Shown: positions 24,261 to 37,221, counted from the first letter of the whole stretch. The stretch: DNA of 58,962 bases, filler included, from Sphacelaria rigidula (GCA_964200075.2; 7 parts of 7 records of this genome joined end to end with filler, not necessarily neighbours in it), one strand, 5' to 3'. A program made the numbers and translations. Notes: generated by a model from the letters alone, not told the origin.

Positions 24261-24544
24261 GTTCTATTACACAGCCCATTGTCCAGGGTGTAAGCACGTC
24301 TCACCCACACACCAAAGTACTGTAAGCGCTCATGTCTATCAGAGGGACGACCACAAGTATCATTACTACACTAACAACAAAACTTGTAATTTTTTTCACA
24401 CGTATTGCGTATTCCCACAAAATGTAAGCGTTCCAAAATTGTAGAAACGTGGTGTCATACATTCACAAGTAGTATAATCATACACCCACTGCATGCCCAC
24501 CTGCGGGTTCTCTACCGTTATAATGGAGTGTAATATAACAGCGT

Positions 24545-24947
24545 ATTCTCGAAAATGGGGTTGAAAAAAAATGAGGTTCAACTCAAAAGCCGTGCTTTCC
24601 CTGACCTAAATTCATGACAAATGACCGCCATATAGACGATTTCATCCCTCCCGACCTCCCTAAAACTATCGGGGGAGTTCTAGCCTTCCGTTCCCTCAAA
24701 GGGTGTGAGGAAAGCACGTTTTTGCCTCGATTTCGGAGTGAAAAGGGGACCCTTTTTGGCCCAAAAATCGTGCTTTCGAACATACTCTTTGGAGAAACGG
24801 AAGGATAGAAATTCCCTGAAATAGTATGAGGGAGGTCGGGACGGGTGAGGTCGTCCATGTGAAAGTAATTTGCCATGAATTTAGGTCGGGGAAAGCACGG
24901 CTTTTGAGTTGAACTTTTTTTTTTTTCTCAACCCTATTTTCGAGAAT
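24545..24947. mobile_element. Fold-back MITE (~180-bp arms)
   Basis: ATTCTCGAAAATGGGGTTG...GTTCAACTCAAAAGCCGTGCTTTCCCTGACCTAAATTCATG is mirrored at the right end. The inner arms also pair. Confidence 0.88.
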
Positions 24948-25314
24948 CCCCTTCTTTTCTTCTTTTTTCTTTTTTTTTCCATCGTTTCATTGTTTTTTTT
25001 TATTTTACTTTATTTTATTTGCTTTGTACTTTCCTTTTGTTTCCCTTTTTCTTGCTTCAGGCCGGCCATTTCTTTCTGTGCTTTGCTTGTCTTGACTTTT
25101 TTATTACTTTTTTTGTCACGACTTATTCTGTTATGTCGTTCTGCTCGTCCTCTCTTTTTTTTTTTTTCTTTTTTTACTTTTTTCTTTTTTTTTTTTTTTT
25201 TTTTTTTTTTTCCTNNNNNNNNNNNNNNNNNNNNNNNNNNNNNNNNNNNNNNNNNNNNTTAATTAATTAANNNNNNNNNNNNNNNNNNNNNNNNNNNNNN
25301 NNNNNNNNNNNNNN

Positions 25315-25528
25315 CCATCTCGAAATGGATGCACGGTCAATGATCAAACGACTAAGATAAGCAACAAATGAGTCCCCCCCCCCCGCTCATGTACGGAAGA
25401 AACGGGATGAGCACCTACATGTTGGAGGTGTGTCTATTAGGAGTAGGAACGGCGCTCCGTCTCGAAAGGAATGCGTGGCCAACGGTCAAATGACTAAGAC
25501 GAGCAACAAATGAGTACGCCACCCCCCA
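25315..25528 (+). repeat. Two copies of the ~70-nt cassette C (25315-25384, 25454-25528)
   Basis: Variants of CCGTCTCGAAAGGGATGCGTGGTCAATGGTCAAACGACTAAGGCAAGCAACAAATGAGTACG-Cn; also at 58342-58413 (+) and 54152-54202 (-). Confidence 0.85.
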
Positions 25529-26180
25529 CGCCGTCTCAGACCACGGAAAGGGGGGATTACATCCCCAGGCATCATGCTCCTCCTCCATCAAGGTGATCCT
25601 TGCACCCAGGGCGTGAGCTTCATCGCCGGTCACTTCCCACCCAAAACCATAGCCGCGACTGCACCTGTCCCGGGCAAACAGTTGAACGATCGACGCCTCA
25701 CGAAGAAGTGAAGACCCCAGAGGGGACATGCGGAGTGAAACAGTGACAGGAAAGTATCAGTCTCCATGTCAGTTGGCATGTTCTTACGCAAACCGTTGGT
25801 CTCAGTAATCATCAAAATGTGTGAAAATGGACACTCTTTATTTAGCATGCCGTGCGTACCATGCTCGCACACCACAACTGAATTCAGCTCGGTCGGCAAT
25901 TTCGGCTCGATCAGCAATCCAAGCGAGTGATGCCAGAGGCACTCTTATAATGGCATGTCATGTGTAACATGGTCACTCACCACCTATGAATTCAGATCGA
26001 TCATAAATATTCAATTTTACCAACAATTGAAAAGGGTGATGCAAATCGTAACCTGCACCACAAGTCAACACCAGCGACCGATAATTGTGTAATGTAAATA
26101 TTCCGCACTGCTTGTGAACACCGGTTCTTTTCCAGCGCTGCTTCCTTTCAAATAGCCCCCTCTCCAGCACGTCCCTTCAA

Positions 26181-26556
26181 GGGTTGGTGTCGGTTGGCAA
26201 CGACGCTGTAAAACACGCCACTAACTGCGTAAGCTAGGCAACCACGTTACCGTTTTGCATTTCGTTCACGGCCCTTTTTACGGTGACCATGGTGATGATC
26301 GGGCTATATTGTAATATGAGGGGTAGAAAACTTCAAGTCCGCGCAAAGGGGATGGTCATCCTACGTAGTGCTTAGATGACGAGACAACCATGAGGCAGTG
26401 TAAAAGCCGTGGCTGTTTCTGGAAGTGGTGATACCAGTTTAAAAAAAAACGCGTTCGATGTTGTCATCCATACCCAAGATGGTTAGTGCTCTTCGTGCCG
26501 AACAATCTTAGCACGATGCAGCTCACCCCTCATGCGACTCGTCGAACATATCACGG
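26181..26556. repeat. Dispersed repeat family A, copy 2 (inverted relative to 1-381)
   Basis: Reverse-complement match to 1-381 along its length. Confidence 0.85.
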
Positions 26557-29089
26557 TGCTTCGTGCTTGGTGATTACCGACGTGCTCCGTCCCGGCTTCG
26601 TAGGGATATGAGGTAAATAGTCTCATGACCACGGCATGCAAGACCATGTGTACACCCCCAGCTTACGGGGCACTGCCGTCTCCACTAGCTGACAATATTC
26701 AACTCGTGATCAATCGCACTTTGGCATATCTCGTTCCCTCTCGATAAGAAACGAGGTCAAGGGGGAATCCAAACAATTACAAGCAAGAGTGCCCCCTTCA
26801 GCTTTCACAAACTGAAAGAGCAAGGAGCATCATCAGCAAAATGATCTCTAACCAGTATTATTTTGACACGACACTGGTTGTTATCAACCACGTACTCCGG
26901 GGTGCGGTGTTCCGCATTCACCTGGAACCTACTGAGATAACTATTATAACACCCTATCGACATCGCCGTACAATCAATTCAGGCGATGGCGTCCCACAAC
27001 CCGCACTTATCGAGACGACAAAAGGGTTTCACAATCAACCAATGTAGCTAGGAAAAGGTCCCCCGCAACCTACATCTACCAGGACGACAAAACGTGTGAC
27101 ACATCACTGCTGAGTTCAGCATCCATATCAACATGGTCTTACCACCATAAACTAAAACCATCCGCGGACTCCGCGTAGTAGATTTACCGATACCATCAAA
27201 TAATCAAGTCAAGCAGTGTCGCTCTACTTCTACCTGCATCTATCGAGACGACAGAAAACCTCATCATCAACCAAGGCATTTAGAAAGCGGTGTCCCACTT
27301 CCTACACTATCATGACGGCAAACAGTGTGATACATCAGTGCTGAGCTCTGTAGCCGAATCAATATGGTCTCAACGTCGAAAAGAGATGATCCACAGACCC
27401 CAGTATGACGTCCTTTCATCTTTTGTAACACATTCGAGGATATATCGGCCATTTTCCACCGTATATCATCGTACAGTGTGCCGCCTGGATTTACTTTGCG
27501 TTGGCCAACATAACGAAACAAAGTAGCACCTCACAGGTCGGAAAATCTAACCCGTCCTCCCATAAAACTTCGTTCCGCTGATACAGAAAACCGTTCGAAG
27601 CGGGTCCTCCGGTCCCAACAATCGCTGCTGTTCAAATCTTGATCGAGACAATCCTCCTGCTGTTGAAATCCCGCTTTTAACAGTCTCGGCCTAGTGAAAC
27701 ACAAGGAGCGTTACAGTACGAAAACATGCTTCCCCATCTGTATTGGAGCACACTCGTGAGCCGACGCCTCCAGACACCCTTACCGCCGCCGTTACGTCTC
27801 CTCCATGTCAATGTCATCTGATTTGGACCCACCCGCAGAATCAAACCCATCACCGCCCGGACCCCCACATCGGCGAGGAAGACCCCGACCATATCCATGC
27901 ACCCCACTTCGACCACCATACCCACGACTAGCATAGTACTCACGCATGAGACATGTGCCCCCCGATGAATCTTGCGTGTCCCTTCTCTGCATGCGATGCA
28001 AACGGTGCCCGCTCCCGGCACAATCGTGGTGCCGCTGAGTAGCGGCGGGGCTCACGCACAACACATCCCTCGCATGTGCCGTGGGTTCCATATGTACCGT
28101 TCTCATTCCCCCCAGTCGACCGAACCCGATATCTCTTCCGTTTGGTGCCGGGACCCTCCTGTTCGATGGTGGGGTGAAATCCGCCACGTGCCTCCTCTCT
28201 TTCGCTTGCTAAAACCTCCGGTGCTGCAGGTGGTGTCCCTTGCACTAACTGGGACATAGCCACCTTTTATGTTAGCTACACTCCCTGTTCACTCCGCGAG
28301 CTCTGTGGGATATGGTTCATCCCGGGCAGCAGCCGGGAATGTGAACGTGTGGTTTCTACCCACCGTTGTACTGGGGGACCAAAAAATCGGTTGGAGCTGT
28401 AGAATGTCTCTTATTGCATGATGTGGTGGATCTGTTCGATGGACACGACGGTGATAGTCGATCAGAGGACACGTCTGAGAGCCGGAGTTGGCTAGAAAGT
28501 AGTGGTATTGTTGTCGAATGACCGAAGAAGAGGAGTGGACGCGTAGGTACGACCATATGTCCGACATCGAACCACATCCTCACACGTATGTCCCCGACAC
28601 GCCATCACGATAGTCGATCCCGCCGCCTGTAACATTCAAAAGGCACATCACAAATGAGCCACTACTGCATCGTAGATCCAGCGTGGTGGACCGCTCTGAT
28701 CACCCTCTTCACAGGAGCACCTGCCCCACATCGATTGAAAATTACCTCAAACATTTGAACTACTATGCACACGTGGCGCCCTGAAGCTCTACACACGCAA
28801 CTTTCGTGATTCCGACAGCCGCGTTGAACAGTGCTGATCCGTCGGCCACCCATATTTACTTGAACAAAAAATTACAAAGGGGGCGTAGGGACAATTCGCA
28901 CTCATAGGTATTGTCTCAAAGCGACTCAGCAGATATTTTTAGGGATACACAGGAGTAGGCTTCGGTCAACAAGCCTCTTGAGACTCAACCAGGACACTCC
29001 ATTTATCCACTCGTCTCTGCCACCCTTGTAAGCCGTCCCTCTTGATATCGTTGACATGTTTCATAACTATGCTTTACGGTTTCATCCAG

Positions 29090-32000
29090 CTGCGATGGTA
29101 AGTACTTTGCCTCGCTTGGAGGTCAAGACGACAACTCACTGGTGGTATGGGAAACGGAGACAGGGCGGGCAGTGTGTGGATCTCCCGCCGCCCAAGATTC
29201 CGCGCTGTCTGTGAAATGGCTGCACCGGCGGAATGATCGCTTCGTGACAGCGGGAAATTTTCACCTCAGGGTTTGGCAAGTCGACGTCTCAATCCCAAAG
29301 GTGCGTATCACTAAATGCGTTGTATTGTACCTCTCCTGCTATCCTTGAAAATTGCACGCTTGTGCAAGACGGCCATTCCACCATCTTTTTTTCTTGTCTT
29401 TCGCAACGACGGTGCGTAGAACAAGAAAAATATTTCACAAAGTTAGCTGACTCTGATGAAGACGTTCACTTCTCATCAAGGATTTAGGGAAATGGAGGAC
29501 GATACGAGTATTTCAGAGAGAGGTTCGCTCACGTGTACAAGCATCAAAGAGGAGATTACGAGGTGTTCATATCTGTACGATGGCTCAGACATACTTCCAG
29601 AGTCTCAGATCTGACACGAAATATGGGCTCCCCAAACATACAATCGCCACAAATACATGAGGTGGGAACAATTGACGCTCATGTCCTTGTATCGTTATGT
29701 GGTTCCTTCTACGTATGCCGTTGAAACATGTGTTTATTATCTTCTGGTCGTCTCAAGGTCCATGCGGTAGACGCGCAAATGGGGGGTATGCGTCGTACGA
29801 TCGAGTGCGTCAGCATTACAGACGACGACGAACACGCCTACTGCGGCACCCGCACCGGAGATATCCTCAAGTTCAAGATCGACCGAGACGATATACGGGT
29901 GCGCTCGTAGTAGTCGAGCGGAGCCCGCCGTGTAGGCTTGTTCTGCTATTGCTGTCGATTGCTACTGACGAGGAGTCACAGCTCGAGTGTTTGGGGTTTC
30001 ACTTCAGCAGAGGTAACCCCTCCGAGCTCGTCGAGATGTTATGCCGCGAAAATCCAAGCAGAGATACAGCGTCTGTGCATGTTCGTGCAGTATGTCCATT
30101 AGCTCTTCACCAAGTGATCGTCGTTGTACCGCACGCGATCTGCAGGGATACATATTGCAGTAACGATCTCGTAAGTCCTAACATCAGACGTTGTCGAACG
30201 CGTGTCAACCGTTGGATATCGTGCGTTACAGCCCCCTTCCCCGCCTCGTCTGGTGACCTACCAAAGAGTGAATCATAGTCAGAATAGTTTCCCTTCAACG
30301 GTTGAAATACGTCTAAGCAACGCCTGCCGGCGCCGCCTCTCTTCGTGAAACACAAATGCGTTCGCTGTTCCCTCAGACCTTCAACGACCCAGACACCATC
30401 CGCCCCACTCTGGCCGGGTACAGCCTAGAAAAAATCGGCAAGGGTGTGAGGTCGATTCGCTGCGTGCTCAACCCCGAGACGGGAAAGACAAATACGTTGG
30501 TTGGCGGCGGTGACGGGAGTATCAGCTTTGTCAACCCGACCCTCAACAAGGTGGATGCTGCCTCTGCCCGATCGTCAATAGTCTGGCGACCCGGGTGCTG
30601 TTTAATGAACTCATCAACAGAGAATACGCACGGAAGAATATGCACGGAAAATCGATCGGTTGGCTTATTCAAGTAGGGGATGACAGTGTGTCGAAGGTTC
30701 TGCCATCCGGCGAAAGCGTCAAAACCCGCGAAGGCGTTATCTTACTTCAGGTGCACATGCGGCGTATGGCGAGCCTTCGTTTTGCGTTCCAGTTTATGGT
30801 TGACTCCTCCCATCCACATAGCAATTCTAATTCCGATTTCTGAAGTTATGGTAACGTTCGTCAAACGCTGAGCTCGTGTACTTGCTTCATCGATATGATG
30901 CCAGATCCACAAATGAACCGTGAAGATCTCTTTATCAAACGTCGTTGTGGGACCTCCAACCAAACGGCCGCCAGGTCGCGGGAAAGCAATGCGAACTCAT
31001 GGGTGCGGTGACGTCCATCGCAATGTGCCCTGGAAACAAAGCCTTCTTCGCTGGTACAGCGCTGTCTAACAGGTAGGTGAATATATCTGGGATCACAAGG
31101 AGTGCTGTTTAGTTTTTTCAACTACTCTGCAACGTGGACGGATAATGTCCAGTTCGGGTACGCGTTCAGAAAATCCAAGCGAATTCTGGCCAAGTCCTGG
31201 GATTGACGCAGAAACGACTTGCTCCTGATCCCAGGGAAGTCGGAGTAGATCGCGGGCAACTTGAAACTGTGCACACAACGTGCGTAGCCTTGAGGGTGTG
31301 TGATCCGTCTTGACAACCGATTGTCATCTCTACCCACGCAAGAAAAGGTGGCTACCTTCCTCACTGTTACATTAAAATTTTGACGTCCATTCTTCTACCC
31401 CCACGAACATTTCCGAACCGCTCCCTCCGACACATACACGACGCCCACGCGAAGGTACTGGGTTACGATGAATATGGAAACGGAGCTACGTGGGACGTGC
31501 CACTTTGCACGCGTGAACGATATTATCTTCCCCACAGGTTGTTCCGATCTTTTCATTACGTGCTCCATCGCCGACATTCGCATCTGGAACGCTGCCCTTC
31601 GGCAGGAGCTCTTGCGCATTCAGGTGTGCGTAATTCACGGAGTGTTGTTGGCGCATTCGCCGAATGGACCTGTGAAACGGCGGCGCTTGCTTCAATACCA
31701 CTCGTGTCTATTTGTAGCTCCGACGTGGGAAGCCTACTGCCCGCTAGTGGGGATGGGAGCATATTGATCTCCTTGTTGTTTACCATTAGCTAACCGCCGT
31801 CGGTACATGCACCGCAAGTTCATTGAGAACTGAACTACTACATTTCGCCGCGCATGCGCATACATATCGAGAACCAAAGGCAATGCGCCTTTCGTGTAGT
31901 ACACGAGCTGCGGTAGGTCATAATGTCACCGCAAAGTCTTGTTCTTGCTACAGTACTCGCACCATCAAATGCCAGAACACGAGGTAGCACCTTCCGTGAT

Positions 32001-32876
32001 CCCCATATCCAGAATAGGCTGCCTTTGCGCCCAGACGCCGCCTCAGGTATCCGCTTTAATCCACATAACAATTGTGACTTTTGTGGGTGTCCATCGGGCG
32101 TTCGTTAGGTACCAAACCTCGAGTGCTTCTGCGTAGGGATCACTCGATCCGGAGGCACAATCGTTTCCGGCTGGAGTGACGGCAAGATCCGCGCATTTTA
32201 CCCCGAATCCGGCAAATTAAAATTTGTCATTTCCGATGCTCACGCGGAGGGTGTGACAGCAATTGCTCTGGCACATGACGACGACACTCGACCACCGTGG
32301 AGGTAGGTGTTATATATCCATGTCACCTACTCCGGCCAAATACAAACCGAAACTTACAGTAGGTACATGAGCAGGTTAGCGTTCTAGAGCTAGCTAATGG
32401 CGGTGTACTAACAGACTTTGCGCGCATGCCTCCATGTCGACATGGAAAAAAGAAACGTAAACCGTGTATCGTTTCGTTAGGTACATCAGAGCAAGCAAAA
32501 TAACATCGAGATGATCTTACACTGAGCAAAAACCCGTTTTCTGTCTATAGCTCGGCGTTCCACAGTTTGTTCCCCCGCACAATCCGGAATACTCGTATCA
32601 CGTTCATCTTTATGTCCACATGAAGGGCGCAGTAACCATGCCTCATTTGGATACACAAATTCCTGTGTGCGCGTCGTTCGCTACCGAAAACGGCTCCTCG
32701 CGTCGCCCACTTGTTCCCGCTCTATGCGATACCTGCCTACGCTCTTTGTTTATACCTCATATAGGGTGATTTCCGGCGGAGGTGATGGACGGGTGCGGGT
32801 GTGGTCGGTGACGTCGTCACACCAGGCAATGGCTACCTCTTGGAAGGAGCACCGCGGACCGGTTACATGCATCCAG
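29090..32876 (+). CDS. CFAP52: Cilia- and flagella-associated protein 52 (WDR16), partial; exons 29090-29300, 29758-29898, 30377-30550, 30975-31072, 31455-31623, 32109-32302, 32765-32876
   Basis: All introns are GT-AG with consistent phases (0,0,0,2,0,2). The spliced peptide has ASLGGQDDNSLVVW, AVCGSPAA, FVTAGN, GTRTGDILK, TCHFARVNDIIFP, ELLRIQVPN, IVSGWSDGKIRAFYPESGKL, VISGGGDGRVRVW and KEHRGPVTCIQ, matching CFAP52 WD40 motifs. First and last exons were not found in the contig. Confidence 0.95.
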
Positions 32877-32894
32877 GTGAAGAAGATAGCTTTA

Positions 32895-33300
32895 ATTGGT
32901 TGATCGGTTCATTGATTGATTATCACTGAGTCTTATCGATTTTGAGTGATTTTAATCTATTTTGATTGGTTAATGTTGGTTGGTTTTTGCAAGTAACTGA
33001 TCCCCGTGGAACCCATCCGTGGTATCGACGTACCCGAGACGGGGGGAAATCGAAGGAAACTCGAGAGAGGAGAAAGTGAATATAGGTCGGACAGACGGTG
33101 TGAAATGAACAAGGAAACGGAGACAAAACGAAACAAAACGAAACAAAACGGGGGGGAAAGGAAAAATGAAGGAAAGGTGAAAGAAAGGAGAAGAGCAAGA
33201 AAAATCAGTCCCGAGGAAAACAACGATACTAATTATACACATCAAATTATCGACTCCGCAAGCATGGCTTCAGATGAAGAAGATGTGCGCAAGAAAGCAG
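32895..33300 (-). mobile_element. Non-LTR 3' end, (CAAT)n-tail family, antisense in a CFAP52 intron
   Basis: Minus strand reads a T-rich tract, CCACGGGGATCAGTTACTTGC, then a degenerate (CCAA/CAAT)n tail. Confidence 0.7.
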
Positions 33301-34653
33301 AAAGGAAAGGTTCATACATGGAGACAAGAAACAAGACAAAACGAAAATCGCGGGAGCAGGCCGCGGTTCACTTATTTTGGGAACCACACAGTTTGAGCAT
33401 GGACTCTTACACACGAACTTTACCGGAACGCGACACAAACTAAAAAGGACGAGTAAGGGGGAGAGAGTGAGGGAGAGCGCGCGCGCGTGGGGGGGAGTAA
33501 AAAGAAAATGGAAGCGACGGAACTCAACGACAAAACAGAACATGTACAGTAACACAGCTAGGAATATCGCGGAGGATACGAGCAAAGGGTATGAGTCAAT
33601 AATGGAAAATACAGCGGAGTCATCCTACGATAGGGGGGGGGGGCGGACTCGNNNNNNNNNNNNNNNNNNNNNNNNNNNNNNNNNNNNNNNNNNNNTTAAT
33701 TAATTAANNNNNNNNNNNNNNNNNNNNNNNNNNNNNNNNNNNNNNNNNNNNGTGCGTATGGAAAGGCCGCGGGCACAATGCTCAGAATGGCGTGTTGGGA
33801 GCACGTTGGACGCGCGGGTGTTACTCATGATCTTGCGTGCCGAAGTCATATTACCATTGACTTCGCATCCTTACAGAGGCTGGACGAAGCACGCCAGGTT
33901 TTTGCCGGATCAGGCTAGTAGGAAAGGGGAGGGGGGAGCGATGTAAGAGAGTATCACTACTGCTTCATCTCATGCCGCAGCTTGCAGGAGCCTCGATACT
34001 GCCCTTATACTGGCTTTCAGCTATAGTAATGTGTGATTGTTCTCTGGAAGGTCAAAATAGGAGGAGGAGAGGACGGAGGAAGGGGTCTACCGTACCTGGA
34101 TTGAAATATATGCCGCCCACCATATCGCGGGAAGGAAAAATAGTAAACAAGAAAATGCCGATCAAGTGATATCTCCACTCAAATCTTGACTGCTGCAGGA
34201 CTTCGAGGTACAAGAACGTAGCCGTTCCTCGTCCTTGGTGAAGACTTTGAACAAGGATGCCCGGAGAATTGCGCTGATAGACTCAAGGGCAGACGGAACA
34301 CTACTCATTGAGAATAAATGATTTATGTTGAACGAGTACACCAAATAAAGGTACATTTGTTTGGAAACAACGCTCCAAGATATCCGACAAATCTGGATCC
34401 ACACCATCTGCTTCTCACCCTTTCGCAGCCAGAGTAGGCGACCTGTTGAATTGCCATCGCCTCGGCTCGTTTTTCAAGTGTGTATGATCTCGGTTCAATA
34501 CATCGCCTTTCCTAGCGGTTAAAGGGCCGAGTAAAGATATAAGAGAGGAAACATGAGCGTAGGCTTAGTTTCTCGAAAGATATCTCGCGAAATCCGGCCA
34601 AATCGCCCCCCCACCACTACCGATCCACCTACTTTTTTCATGGCAAGCATTAA

Positions 34654-35692
34654 CCCTCTTGAGACCGACCCTCCACTAACACAGGGTTGACCCTGTCTTC
34701 GCGAAATAATTAAAAATAAGTCTTCGAGCGACCTGCCCAATCACGGTGACGCGAAATTTATCGACCAGACCCGAACGATCAGCGCGGGGATTGTTAGCGA
34801 GTGTGATGCAATTGCAAAGATAGTATGGGGGCCCTATCCCTGACCCAGATAAGCCTTCCCAGGTTTCCAAGTGCAGGGCGGTCGGAACTTGGTTATATGA
34901 TATTACTTGCACTCAGTATTATACCGTTGCCGAGTTTCCCGGTGGGTTTTTTGGGTCCCACTTTTATACTAAAACGTAGTGATTACGCTAACACAGGGTC
35001 GACCGGAAAAACCGGGAAGGAGTTTACATGCCACCATATGGTCATTTTCACGAGGCACCAAACCCAGGTGGGCCGTGGAAAGACAAAAGGAGCGACCGTC
35101 ATGAATTCTGCGTATCCCTTTGCCGATGATTTGCAGTGTGCGATTAACATGTATGTAGCGGGCGGGGATGAAGAAGCGGTATATAGGCAGTTGATCTCGG
35201 TAGCTGAGAGTTGCTCAGAACGTGCAAGGGAGTATGCAGCAGCTGCTGCTTCTTCAGTCGGAGAGGCGTACTACATTGTACTGTACTACATTGTTGTATG
35301 CATGCGCGCCGCGACGCTGATACCCTTCGAAGAGAATTTGCCGCATGCAACAAACGGGAATAGCGGCCCGCCCCGACCACAAAGGGCTGTGTGGCTAAGT
35401 GATGGGGACAAAAGTATTATCCAAAGCCACAAGTGGCGGGCGGCCCACCGGTCGCCGTATCCTGTTGGGAGCTCTCTACCGCGACCCACACTGCTTGCTA
35501 CATCAGATGTAGACCACCTAATAATGCGCACCCTGCACCTGAAAATAGATTGAATGAAACTTTCGGTCTTCGTCATAACCGTGCGGTTACATACGCGGAT
35601 GTTCAGCAACACGCCACTGTTTCGTGCAGACGCCAGACACGTCATTCCTGACCAGCCTGATTGGTCGTTCTGGAGGCCCGGTCCCAACAGGG
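34654..35692 (+). mobile_element. Non-autonomous piggyBac-type element, copy 2 (1039 bp), in the presumed SAMDC intron
   Basis: TTAA at 34650-34653 and 35693-35696. Termini CCCTCTTGAGACCG and CGGTCCCAACAGGG. Inverted colinear match to 5752-6768. Confidence 0.92.
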
Positions 35693-36563
35693 TTAATAGG
35701 GGCCTATTTTTTGTAAAAAGACTGCAATAATCCGGGCAAATCTCTCCTCATCCTGCCTCCGACAGAGTGGACACGCTGAGAAATGTATACAATGAGGCTT
35801 CTTTGAGTATCAGACCCAGGTGCTACTGTCATACTACACATACACGCCCCTCTGCTGCACACATGCAGTGTATATAACACCAGGTGGTGAGCGCCGAGAT
35901 TGCTGCAGGACTGATCACCCACTTCGACACCGTGCCTAAGGGAGCTGTCAAACATTTCAGCTCACCAAACCTTCACGCTTCGTACAATTCGCAAGTAAAT
36001 ATACTCATGATACCGCCGACGTCATTTCGCCGGTATCGCTTCCTCGCGCGTATTTTGACGTAGTACAGCGCATGAACACTTTCCCCCCTTATTTTCTGAG
36101 GCTGTGTGCTGTGAAAATCATTCGCGCACCGTCCACTCAACACAGGGGGACCACCTCGCCACACGATCTGCCACTTCGGGCGAAGTAAAAATAGTGCGGG
36201 TCCAAATTCCGTCAGTAATGACTTTCGTTTGTGCTGATCGACATCGCGTGGGAAGCGTGAGGGCCATGAGATGACGAATCACTCGACAAAATTCGACGAT
36301 CTGCAGCAATGCCGTCTCCAATGCTGGGTAACAAATCGTCATGCAGGCACCGGGCGGTAAATGGCGGCGGATTGATCCTTCCCGACCACGGACTCATCCC
36401 CAGGTCGGAGAAAATGCTGAAAAAACGTATGGCGGGGAAGAAAAAACTAAAATTCCCCGCGCACCTTCTTTCCAATTTTCTCCTCCTCTCGACTCTTTCC
36501 CCTGCGGCAACAGCATATCACCAAACACCACACCGAACATCACACCAAGAAACGACAACAAAC

Positions 36564-36845
36564 CTGCTCAAGGATTGCATCCCACTGCTCCCGCCGGACA
36601 GCCCGCAGCCCCTGGTCGTGCCCGAGATCAGGATCAAACTCTATCTCCAACGTTTTTTCCGGCCCCTCAAAGCCCCCCGTTGGCCCCCTCCCCTCTCCCG
36701 CCAAAGGCTCAGCCTCTTGTTCACCACCCTCCAGAGAGTCCGCCGTGCCTGCTGAAGCACCAACAGTGACGCCCCCTGACGCGTTATCGCGACTTCTTCG
36801 TGTGGTATCGACAGACTTTACTAGGTTGGACCACGTCATGTTCAT
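36564..36845 (-). CDS. SAMDC: S-adenosylmethionine decarboxylase proenzyme, first coding exon (partial gene)
   Basis: MNMTWSNL...GGFEGPEKTLEIEFDPDLGHDQGLRAVRREQWDAILEQ contains the eukaryotic AdoMetDC signature FEG(P/Y)EKxLEI followed by GLR...W..IL. Ends at donor CAG|GTTTGT. The LSESS cleavage exon was not found in the contig. Confidence 0.9.
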
Positions 36846-36959
36846 CAAACGCGGCTGCGAAAAACGCGGCAGGATGGAGCGCGCCCGCGGGAAGGAGGGA
36901 GGGGGGAAGGGGGGGGAGGCTTGGAACCTGGAAAGCGGTAGCACAGGGTGCAAATACAT
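36845..36959 (-). promoter_or_regulatory. Candidate SAMDC upstream ATG with a 73-nt intron (36927-36855): spliced uORF or N-terminal extension
   Basis: AAAAATG at 36959. Donor AG|GTTCCA, pyrimidine tract, acceptor TTTTTCGCAG. Spliced gives MYLHPVLPLSSRV* with TGA overlapping the main ATG. Unspliced is in frame with SAMDC. Confidence 0.45.
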
Positions 36960-37003
36960 TTTTTCAGAGTTCGGTGCGTGATAGGAAGGAAGAGAGTGGG
37001 AGA

Positions 37004-37221
37004 TGACGTCACCCGAACACAAAAAAGGTTAAACCGAGTTTTGACATACAAGTTAGTTGGCACCGTCTTCAAGGTTGCCTACCAAGGTGAATATGCCTTG
37101 TGTGCTTTAATTATTTTCTTCGGTCGATATATCTTCGTCGATCGCTCTGTTCGGAGGAGGCCCTGTTGTAGTTGTTATGTAACGGCATATGTGCACACCA
37201 GCTACGAGCGTTCTGACGTCA
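37004..37221. promoter_or_regulatory. Two perfect TGACGTCA palindromes (37004-37011, 37214-37221) upstream of SAMDC
   Basis: Exact CRE/C-box bZIP-type sites within ~265 nt of the upstream ATG. Function is inferred only. Confidence 0.45.

Noticed and set aside
34825-35553. 242-aa ORF as an intact transposase or host gene
   Set aside because: It lies wholly inside a non-autonomous element, has no catalytic motif, and only ~100 codons share the frame in the second copy.
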